Under the pieces are notes generated by a model. It was not told where the DNA came from. It worked only from the letters and a program-made list of their open reading frames with translations, and searched no databases. From Heterodontus francisci (Eukaryota), in contig NC_090411.1 in the NCBI RefSeq assembly GCF_036365525.1, forward strand, positions 36,024,833 to 36,061,452: DNA of 36,620 nucleotides. The letters run 5' to 3'. Positions 21,401 through 33,400 of the stretch are shown here, piece after piece. The position numbers and the translations under genes were made by a program. Numbering within the stretch: the first letter of the stretch is position 1; every line of letters begins with the position of its first letter.

Positions 21401-24400
21401 CTCCTCTTCAAAATAGAGCAATGGGATCTTTTACATCCACCTGAGAGGGCAGATGGGGTCTTGGTTTAATGTCTCATCATGTTCTCCTTAGAGTGGAGAA
21501 AGAGATTTGATAGAGGTGATTAAAATCATGAAGGGTCTAGATAGAGTAAATAAAGATAAACTGTTTCCAATGGCAGATGGTACAGATTAAAGGTGATTGT
21601 CAAAAGAACCAGAGGCAACATGAAGAAAACTTTTAGGATTTAGAATGCACTGCCCAACAGGGTGGTGGATATAGATTCAGTAGTAACTTTCAAAAGGGAA
21701 TTAAATAAATACTTAAAGGAAAGAATTGCAATAATATGGGAAAAGTAGGACTAAATGGATTGCTCTTTGAAACAGCTGGTGCAAACTCATTTGGCTGAAT
21801 GGGCTCCTTCTGTGCTGTACTTTTCTATGATTCTATGATCTGAAAGGTGGCACTACTGATCCCTCACTACTGTAATGGAGTGTCAACTTAGATTATGTGC
21901 TCAATTCTCTGGTATGGGTCTTAAACCCACGACTATTTGACTCACAATGAGATGAATGACTAGCTACCCTATAGGAGAGTATAGCAAACAAAAAAGAGGA
22001 GTTAAACTGGAGAATATACTAGTTACATTAACTGTCAGAGTAAGGTACTAGGAGGTATTGTAAAAAATAGAAAAAGAGTCATAAAGGAAGGGATTTACTT
22101 GATATTTGTACTCCAGCTCCAGACGCTCAAGAGATGCTTGTCCATCTTCAACCTCAGCATCTTCATCTCTCTCTTCTACAGTGGGTGTCTCTAGCAGAAG
22201 ATGAAAGATGACATTTAAAATGGTATCTTGGCTGATATGAAAGTTGATCATAATTCTTCTGAATTCTAATATACATTCCTTACAAAAGCATTAGAAACAT
22301 TTATTCTGATTTATAAAATGAAGTCAGACTGTTCTGAAGATCTTCTGCATGCAGCAAGTGTGGACATGCAGGGCACAGGTGAAAAACTTTTAAAGTTCAA
22401 CAAGATGGAAGGATGGATCCTCTTGGTCCTGCAGTTGGCTGCATCGGATTGCATGCACACAGTGACTACACAAGAACTGGTCTGTATGCCTGTAAAGGAG
22501 CCTGCCCAACTTCTGTATGTTAATTTAAATGGATGGAATTTCAGGTGAGCTCCCTCATGAGTGTGTGTTTCTCCCTGCCCAACTTCCAACTTTCATATGT
22601 GCGTTGTACCCAGGAGATGCAGTACACCAGGCGGAGGACTAGAAAAATCCATCCTTGATTTTCGAAAGTCCAATTAGCTGAAATCACTCAATCACTGCTT
22701 CTCCAATGTACAAGGCTGCTGATAGGCATTCGACCTAACTGTTCAGCCAAGAAGCATTTTAATCATTTACTGTGGTAACAGTTCTAAGTTATAATCCGTC
22801 TCTAAATTGATAGTAATAAAAACAAGAAATGCTGGAACCACTCAGCAGGTCTGGCAGCATTTGTGGAAAGAGAAGCAGAGTTAACGTTTCGGGTCAGTTC
22901 TGAAGAAGGGTCACTGACCCGAAACGTTAACTCTGCTTCTCTTTCCACAGATGCTGCCAGACCTGCTGAGTGGTTCCAGCATTTCTTGTTTTTATTACTA
23001 TCAATTTAGAGACGGATTATTTCTTGTTTTTATTTCAGATTTCCAGCATCCGCAGTATTTTGCTTTTATCTAAATTGATAGTGTTTTTTTCTTTCTTTGT
23101 TCCCAAGTTCCATAGTGCCTCTATATCAAAAGTCTATTATTTCTTCCAGGCCCAAGATATTATCCCCCTTTCTCCACACAGCTAAGATAATGTACCTTTC
23201 ATAGTTCATTGCAAGCTGTATCCTCGCTCTTCAACCTAGTGCCACCCAATGATAGTAAGTCTAATTTCCATGACCTTACCATCCAACCCAAATGCAAGTC
23301 TTAACGTTCTATTGGTATAACCTCCCCTGTGCCATCAACTTTGATGCCAAGAATACCTTCTCTCTCCGGTGTCCCAGGTTCTAATGTTGGTAGACCTTTT
23401 GCAAATTCTTCCTTTACAGGACTATCATCATGTGCTAAATCTTCACCAATGATAGTCAGTGGTTCTTCCTTCTCCCCTTCTGAAAAAGTGTTACTAGTGG
23501 GCAAAGGTGATGCAGTCTGCTTCTCCATTTCCTTTGCTTCTTCATCCTGGTTATTGATGGAAAAAGTTGAGTTAGATTAAACAATATAAATAAGACTGAT
23601 GATACACTGAAGTAGTAGCAAGATTGGAATCTGAATCTGAAAGATGTATTTGCAGAATGTAGATTGGAGTAAATGTCGAATCTTCCTCGGTCCAATATGA
23701 TATTAGCCAATGTCCATCTAAAGTACATCCTACATAAAAGCTGACAAACATCCTTTATTACTTAGCATAATATTTATATATGGCACTTCGTAGTAAGCAT
23801 ACTTAAATAACTGCTAGTATTACAGTAATTGTCTTGTTCCCAAGTTTCAGCACTTATGCTTACCTGGGTTTATAACCTTCTCAAGTTTACAGATTAAGAA
23901 CAAAGAACAAAGAAAATTACAGCACAGGAACAGGCCCTTCGGCCCTCCAAGCCTGCGCCGATCCAGATCCTCTATCTAAACATGACACCTATTTTCTAAG
24001 GGTCTGTATCTCTTTACTTCCTGCCCATTCATGTATCTGTCTAGATACATCTTAAAAGACGCTATTGTGCCCACGTCTACCACCTCCGCAGGCAACGCGT
24101 TCCAGGCACCCACCACCCTCTGTGTAAAGAACTTTCCACGCATATCCCCCCTAAACTTTTCCCCTTTCACTTTGAACTCGTGACCCCTAGTAATTGAATC
24201 CCCCACTCTGGGAAAAAGCTTCTTGCTATCGAACCTGTCTACACCTCTCATGATTTTGTACACCTCAATCAGGTCCCCCCTCAACCTCCATCTTTCTAAT
24301 GAAAATAATCCTAATCTACTCAACCTCTCTTCATAGCTAGTGCCCTCCATACCAGGCAACATCCTGGTGAACCTCCTGTGCACCCTCTCCAAAGCATCCA

Positions 24401-27400
24401 CATCCTTTTGGTAATGTGGCGACCAGAACTGCATGCAGTATTCCAAATGTGGCCGAACCAAAGTCCTATACAACTGTAGCATGACCTGCCAACTCTTGTA
24501 CTCAATACCCCGTCCGATGAAGGAAAGCATGCCGTATGCCTTCTTGACCACTCTATTGACCTGTGTTGCCACCTTCAGGGAACAATGGACCTGAACACCC
24601 AAATCTCTCTGTACATCAATTTTCCCCAGGACTTTTCCATTTACTGTATAGTTCACTCTTGAATTGGATCTTCCAAAATGCATCACCTCGCATTTGCCCT
24701 GATTGAACTCCATCTGCCATTTCTCTGCCCAACTCTCCAGTCTATCTATATTCTGCTGTATTCTCTGACAGTCCCCTTCACTATCTGCTACTCCACCAAT
24801 CTTAGTGTCGTCTGCAAACTTGCTAATCAGACCACTGATACTTTCCTCCAAATCATTTATGTATATCACAGGGCTCAGTCAAACCCAAGATATACATTTG
24901 CTCCTCTGATGGCTTATTGTGTAAATGTATCACCCAGTGTGATACTGGGATGCATAGATCAGAAAGGTACCAGATTTGAGCCCCAGCCTGTTCAGAAGCT
25001 GCTAGTCTCAGCTGGATCTTTGGTTAGGGCACTACAATTGACTTAAGCACAAAGATTAATGAGAGAGAAAAACTACCCAAGTTTCCTACTCCTGATTCCT
25101 ACTAGAAAATGTGTATGATGGATGGAACAAAATTGAGCTTGACTAGTTCTGATGAAAGGTCGCTGACCTGAAACGCTAACTCTGCTTCTCTCTCCACAGA
25201 TGCTGCCAGACCTGCTGAGTATCTCCAGAAGTTACTGTTTTCATTTGAGCTTGACTATGATAGTTCTGCAGCCACATAGCCTGTCAGCTACACAACACAT
25301 GAAACTAGTTGGATAATGTATTAAAAGGCTGGTGATGCCTGTAGCATCATACTTCAGCAAAAGAATGTGCGTCAGGAAAGAAGCAAACCAAGGGGAGAAT
25401 AATTTTTAAAAAGGCAAACACTAGATAACAAACTTCAATATCATGGTACATTGACATTCAGTCCTGTGCCCATCTAACTGTAAACTTCTACTTCCAGCAT
25501 TGATTTTCAGAGTTTACATATTGATGGAACCCATTGTCCAATTTGTTTATGCAGCATTTCCAGGGCATTAAACATTAGGTTTTATTCGTACAGCAGTGTA
25601 TATCCAGACAATGTTGCACACTCTAGCTAATGAGATGGATTGTTACCAGTGGGTTTGTGTTGGTTAGGTGGGTTCTCAAATGGAAAAGTTCAATGATCAA
25701 CTGCTTGTTCATTGGTAACCGAGACCAATAATAGCTTGAATATATTAACTATATTCAAAAGCATTAGTTTACAGGTTTCAGACAAATAGACAGAATCATG
25801 CAACAGGATCTCCCAAAGCACCAGTAAAAATCCTGGAATCTCATATAATCAGACAAAGATTGACGCTGAGCCAAACAAGGCAACATCAGTTGGGGAGACT
25901 AAATGCTTGGTCAAAAAGGTAGATTTTAAAAAGCATTTTAAAGGAGGAGAGAGATAGAAAGGCAGAGAAGTTTAGGAAGGTAGTTGTAGAGCTTAAGACA
26001 CATCCACCAATGGTTGACTGAAGAAAGTGGAGCATGCATTAGGGGCCAGAGTCGGAGACCTAGCAGGGTTGTAGACCTGGAGAAGATTACAGAGATAGAA
26101 AGGGGTGAGGCCATGGAGGGATGTGAACATAGGGTGAGAATATTAAATATTGAGGCCTTGCTGGGATAGGAACATGTGGATCGGTTATCACTGAGTTGAT
26201 GGTTGAGCAGGATTTGGTGCAAGTTAGGATACAGGCAGCAGAGTTTTGGATGTTTATGGAGGGTGGGAGGCAAGCCAGGAGCGCACTGGAATAGTAGAGT
26301 CTGGAGGTAATAAAAGTGAAAGCAGTTCTGATGAAAGGTCATCGACCTTAAGCGTTAACTCTGTTTCTCTCTCCACAGATGCTGCCAGACCTGATGAGTG
26401 TTTGCAGCATTTTCTGTTTTAATTTATAACAAATATGTGGATGATGATTTCACCAGGAGAGAGGCTGAGACAGGCGATATTATGGAGGTGGAAGTAGGTA
26501 GGAAGTAGAGAGAATATGGGGTCAGAAGCACAGGTCAGGGCCAAATGGATTCCCGAGGTTGCGAACAGTCTGGTTCAGCTAGAGCTAGCAGCTGGGGAGG
26601 GGAATAGAATTTGTGGCAGGTGCTGAAGATAATGACTTTGGTCTTCCCAACCTTTAATTGGAGGGAATTTCAGGTCACACGGGAGTGGATATCGGACAAG
26701 CAGTCTGAAAGCACGAAATCTGTAGAGCATAACTTGTAGAAGTTTGGGAAGTAGAGATGGTTGGAACAAGCTGAGGAGCTGGGAGATACATAGAGAGCTA
26801 CTGCTGGCAGGAGGGTGTAATTACAATGTGACAAGCATACATAGGCAGTTTCCATTATAAATGTGGACATAAGAATTTGTATATAGATTATATATTCTTT
26901 TTAATCACTATTTGATCTTTTGTAAAAACAGAGGCAGATACTCACAGCAATCTTTTCTACAGTCATGTTCGGTTCAACCGGTTTTTCTCCTTCAGAATTA
27001 AAAGACTCAGTTAATATGTTTATTAGTAAAATCAAGCCCAAACACATGGATAATAAAACTGGATTGTGGAGAATTTATCCATTCAATATTATATCTTATT
27101 CTCCTTCATTCCTCATAATCCCTGTGCTCTCTATCTCCTCTCCGCAATGTGACAAAATTGAAATCAAGGCTCACCATTCTGCCCCCTACTTTAACATCTT
27201 TCCCTGCATCTCACTTAATCTTTCCTCCCCCCCCCCCCCCCCCCCCACAAGCTACATGCCTTAGATTCCCGAGGTTAGAAGATTCAAGCCTTGCTATCTT
27301 TTAATCATAGCTTTGTCTTTTCTCCAACTTTTTCAATCTTGTTGCTGTCCTACATTATGGACCCTAGCCCTTCACCCCAGTCTGTTAACTTAAAAAGGTG

Positions 27401-30400
27401 GTTTATCTGAATTCAAATAACCAGCTTTCCTTTTGTAGAGAAAACCAAGATGTGGCAAAAATATGTATTTTTTTAAACTTCCTGTCCTTTTTCTTCCTCC
27501 AAGCTATCCAATACATATCTTCTTCAAGATGATTCCTTCACATCTAATCATTATTACTACTCTGGAATCAGTCTGCTTTATAGAAGACCACCAATAGCAT
27601 CCAAGTGGAAAAGATAAACAATGTCAATACTTCTACTTCTTTAACACCAATATCATGCTGGTGCTTATTTGACAGACAAGCTAGGAATTGAAAACTCTCC
27701 AACAGGAGGCAATGCACTCAGCCACTTGAGTTACTGTGCTGCCTTGGGTAGCTAGGTTTCTGAAGGCTCTCTTAGTCTTTTATTCATACACACAAACATA
27801 CCTACGTTGCTACTTATTTCACTTTGTTCCTTTAATATTTCCTCTGGCACTTCATCACTTTTATGTTCCTGAATTTCTTGGGTAGCTCCATCACTGTCAG
27901 GAGGTAGATTTACTTCCTTCCCCTCATCACGGACCACGCTTTTCTCTTGTGCAGCTTCTTTCCCAACTTCAGGTTGTTCTTTCTCTTTTTCTGCTGTTTC
28001 TTCAGTGATCTCTGCAACTAGAAAGAGAAATAAAACAATTACATCCTTTCCAGAGGAACTGAAAGGCACCAGGATGAGGGATCAGAATTATTCATGGCTG
28101 AATACATCTTTACTGGTTTGAAAACACAGTGTAGCTCAAGAATTGCTCCATGACTAGTGTCAATGCCTCTACCTGTCCAGAATCAGGCAGGATAATTAGT
28201 CCTACCACTACTCCATCACTCCCACATCACCCCTCCTCCAAACTCCATTTGCCATACACTTCACTTCAGCCTTTAGTATTCCATCTAGTAATCTGCAGAA
28301 ACAAAACTATCTAAATGGATCCAAGGAAGTTGATGAAGTGTCAAGTGACTGTCACAAATTTGAACCCACGACTTTTGTTTTTGAGTTGGGTGGCTGACTA
28401 TGTGAATAATGATGGTTCCACCTCTCCCTGAGTCTTTGAGATTGTTTATTACTCACACCCATTCAAATGCATATTTCTTTCTTTCACCTTGTTCCTGTGC
28501 TGCTTTTTCAATCTCTTTTTGCTCCAAAGTGGGGACAGTGGCAGGTGCCTGGACTGGCGGAGCTCCTGCAACCCCATCTTCCTCAGCCCAATCTTCCTCT
28601 TCATCTTCTTCAATAAAGGTGTCTGAGATGAGAAAAAAGAAATACTGCAGTTCGCATCCTTTCATACTGAGGTTTAAAGCAAACATTCCAAGATGGCATC
28701 AATCAGGAAATGCCTTTTAATAAACGGAGTTACTACGTTACATACTACCTTACCGATTTCATGCTCGATGGAAAGAATTTACATTTATATAACACCTTTC
28801 ACAACCTCATGCCATCCCAAAGCACTTCACAGCAAATGAATTACTTTTGAAGTGTAGTAATGTGAGGATACTTTCAGGTACATAAACTGAGAACTGTACA
28901 CAGTTATACAGTTCTGCAGTTTTTGTGGAATTACTCATTAACTGGAACAGGATCATTCCTTCCTGGAGAGCCAGGGTAGCTGGATTGGAGGAGAGAACTT
29001 ATTTATCTGAAACAGTATATTATAGCTGTGAGAACTGAGGGGACAGAAGATTGTGGGTGCAGGCCTATTACGTATAATCTAGGTTGAGACTTTAGTTAAC
29101 GAATGCTGCATTGTTGAAGGTGCTGTATCTGGAATGCAATAAACTGAGGTCCTGTCTGCCTGCTCAGATGTAAAGGATTCAACAGCACGATATGAAGAAC
29201 AGGAGTTCTTCTATTGTCCTGGTTAACATACCTCCCTTAATAATCATCATCTAATCTTAATTATTAGTGATTAATTTTCTGTTTGTTGACTCTTGCTATG
29301 CATGCATTGGCTGTAATGTTGCCTACATTCCAACAGTGACTGCACTTTCAAAAATAATCAATTGGTTATAAAGAGCTTTGGGATATTGTGAAGGTGTGAC
29401 ATAAATACAAGTTCTTCCTTTAGAACTATAGAACCATAGAAAAATCACGGCACAAGTGGAGGTCATTCAGCCCATCATATCCGTGCCAGCCAAAAAATCT
29501 AGCCGCCCAATCTAATCCCACCTTGCAGCACCTGGTCCATAGCCTTGCAGGTTACAGCACTTCAGGTGCATGTCCAGGTACCTTTTAAATGAGTTCAGGG
29601 TTTCTGCCTCCACCACCGTTTCTGGCAGTGAATTCCAGACACCCACCACCCTCTGGGTGAAAAAGTTTGTCCTCATGTCCCCTCTACTCCTTCTACCAAT
29701 CACCTTAAATCTGTTCCCCCTGATAACTGACTTCTCCGCTAGGGGGAACAGGTCCTTCCTGTCTACTCTATCTAGGCCCCTCATAATTTTGTACACCTCA
29801 AGGAAAACAACCCTAGCCTATCCAATCTTTCCTCAAAGCTGCTACTTTCAAGCCCTGGCTCTGTACTCTCTCCAGAGCTTTCTCGGGAGCTGTCTGTATG
29901 GTGGATGATTTGGTTTCCCTACTGAAATTAGAATTTTTTGGGAGGATGATAAGTTGTGGGAGGCAGAAGTTAGCCGTAACTGCTGGTAGTTTTCTGACTC
30001 CAGATACGGCCTGTACATTATTTGCTCTGACTGGCAAATGTTCTAAATGGTTCAGTGGTGACAGTGCCACAAAGTAGTTGGATAAGCCTTTATCCTCTTG
30101 TTTCCAAATGTAGAGGCATTATCATAGTCCTTCTTTTCTATCATATTTTCACAAGTATTTATGAACAATGAGTTCATAAAACTGTAAACTTAAACTAGTC
30201 CCACAACAAAGAAATATGAATACCACAGCACCAAGAGATCAGAGTAGCCAGTTCTAATCAAAGCTCACAAATTCATCAGCATGGAAATAGGGACAGTGCT
30301 TCCACAGGAACGTAGGACCAGGAAGTAGGCCACTCAGCCCAGTCGAGCCTGCCCCACCATTCAATATGATCATGGCTGATCATCCACTTCAATCCCTTTT

Positions 30401-33400
30401 TCCCACGCTATCCTCATATTTCCTTATGTCATTGGCATTTAGAAATCTGTCAGTCTCTGCTTTAAACATACGCAACAACTGAGCTTCCACAGCCCTCTGG
30501 GGTAGAGAATTCCAAAGATTCACAACCCTCTGAGTAAAGAAATTTCTACTCATCTCAGTCCTAAGTGGCTTCCCCCTTAATTTGAAATTGTGTCCCCTGG
30601 TTCTAGACTCCTCAACCTGGGGAAACATCTTAGCTGCATCTACCCTGTCTATCCCTTTAAGTATTTTGTAGGTTTCAATGAGATCACCTCTCATTCTTTG
30701 AAACTCTAGGGAATACAGGCCCAGTTTCCCCAATCTCTCTTCATAGGATAGTTCCGCCATCTCGGGAACAAGTCTGGTGAACCTTCGTTGCACTCCCTCT
30801 ATGGCAATAATATCCTTCCAAAGATAAGGGGACCAAAACTGCACACAGTACCCCAAGTGCGGTCTGACCAAGGTTCTATACAATTGAAGCAAGACTTCAC
30901 TACTCCTGTACTCAAATCCACTTGTGATAAAGGCTGACATACCATTAGCCTTCCCAATTGCTTACTGCACCTGCATGTTAGCTTTCAGTGACTTATTGAC
31001 AAGGACACCCAGGTCCCTTTGTACATCTACACTTTCTAATCTCTTACCATTTAAGAAATACTCTGCACATCTGTTCCTCCTACCAAAGTGGATAACCTCA
31101 CATTTTTCCATATTATATTTCATCTGCCACATTCTTGCCCACTCACTAAGTCTGTCCAAATCCCCTTGAAGCCACTTTGCATCTTCCTCACAACACACAT
31201 TCCCACCTAGTTTTGTGTCATCCGCGAACTTGGAAATACTACATTTGGTCCCCACATCCAAATCATTGATATATATTGTGAACAGCTGGGACCAAAGCAC
31301 TGATCCCTGTGGTACCCCACTAGTCACAGTCTGTCAATGCGAGAATGACCCCTTTATTCCTACTTTCTGCTTTCAGCCTGTTAACCAATCCTTAATCCAT
31401 GCTAGTATATTACCTCCTATCCCATGTGCTTTAGTTTTGCTAACCAACCTCCTGTGGGGGACTTTATCAAAGGCCTTTTGAAAATCCAAGTTTACCACAT
31501 CCACCGACTCCCCTTTATCGATTCTGTTAGTAACATCCTCAAAAAACTCCAATGGGTTCGTCAATCAAGATTTCCCATTCATAAATCCATGCTGACTCTG
31601 CCCAATCAGATCATTATTCTCTGGCCTATGAAAACTACTAATGTAGTCGGAACTTTGAAAATAGTTTTGCTCTCCACTGACGCGTTACATAGATATTGTC
31701 AACTTGGCTCACTTCAGAACACTCGCTGTCTGAGTCATCAAACTATGGTTTAAGCTTTACTGCAGAATTGGAGCATTAATTTCTGTCTGAGACTGTAGTG
31801 CAATGCTGAGAGATTAGTCCATTGTGTAAGGTGCTATGCTTCAAATGAGAAATTCTTTTCAGGTGGATGTTAAAAATCTCTTGCCACCTCTTGAAGAATA
31901 GGGAGCTCATTGCCAACTTTCTGCTTCCAACTGCTACCAGTGAACTCCACAGGACGTTACGGCATCATTGGCTGTGTGAATGAGATTGTGATCTAGTTTT
32001 ATTTTATGCACCTTTAAGTTTAACAGGACTGTTTTCAGAAGTACCTTACTACCCGGATTAAGGATGCACTTGAACGTGCTGTTTCTGTCCCAGTGGGTGA
32101 CCCAGTGCCACCCTTTCTGCTCCAATTAAAATAGTCCCAATCAATGCCATGAAAGCAGAATAATTGATCATTTATCTTCTTGCTGTTGTTGCCTAGTTAA
32201 CACCAGTGACTGCGCTCCAAAGCAATTGGCTGTCTCTGAAGTGTATTTGGGTGCCCCTGGGAGCTGTGATAAACCATTAGCTCAATGCAGATTGTTTCTC
32301 CTGGTGCACAGAAAATTCCATGAAAGGAATCTTGTTGAAATAACTTCTCACATTTAGGAATTGACTTTTATGTGGAGCAGGAATGGGGTAAATTAGGACC
32401 ATCAGCGGTTAGTTGGCTGACTGGCATTTGAGCACACCTATTGCTATTAGTATAATAAAAGCAAAATACTGCGGATGCTGGAAATCTGAAATAAAAACAA
32501 GAAATGCTGGAAATACTCAGCAGGTCTGGCAGCATCTGTGGAGAGAGAAGCAGAATTAACGTTTCAGGTCAGTGACCCTTCTTCAGAACGGTATTAGTAG
32601 TTCACTAAGTATTGACTCATTGCTTTATGTTGCACAGTGCTTTGTGTGGTCAGGAATGGCATATTCTGCTCAATCAATTGAACACACGCCTTTCCTTTGA
32701 GCAATAGTGGCGTGACAGGCACTAACACCCCAAACTACCCTATCGTCCTAGATGTTGCCAGGACTGGAAAAATGCAGCTATGAGGAAAGATTGGATAGGC
32801 TGGGGTTGTTCTCCTTGGAACAGAGAGGCTGAGAGGAGATCTGATTAAAATGTACAATATTTTGAGAGGCCTGGATAGAGTGGAGGTGAAGGGTCTATTC
32901 ACCTTAGCAGAGAGGTCAGTGATGAGGGTGCATAGATTTAAAATTAGAGGGGAAATGAGAAAAAACTTTTTCACCCAGAGGGTGGTGGGGGTCTGAAACT
33001 CACTGCCTGAAAGGGTACTGAAGGCAGAAACCCTCAAGTCATTCAAAAGGAGTCTGGATATGCACCTCAAATGCTGTTAGCTGCAGGGCTACGGACCAAA
33101 TGCTGGAAGGTGGGATTAGAATAGGTGGATCGTTTTTCGAGCGGCACAGACACGATGGGCCAAGTGGCCTCTTTCTGTGCTTTAAACTTTCTATGATTCT
33201 AGGCTTGTAGAGATGGACAACAGGGCAATCGCCGACCAAAGTAAAAAGTGCTGCCTCTCTTTAAAGGTACCAGGGTAAGATTCTGGTGGGTTTCTTTTTA
33301 ACTTTGCATTCTTTATAAAGTTGTTAGCTTGTTGCAATTGTTTCCTCAAATGAATATGAACAGGATTTTCTAAAAGGACCATAAATGGTATCGAAAGGAC

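Noticed and set aside
23976-24869. 297-aa RT ORF as a host gene or active element
   Set aside because: 5'-truncated CR1 lacking ORF1, the endonuclease and the RT N-terminus.
28453-28487. Alternative exon 3 end at the stronger-looking gtgagt donor (about 28456)
   Set aside because: It gives phase 2, incompatible with the phase-1 acceptors of exon 4, so the gtgaaa donor at 28487 was preferred.
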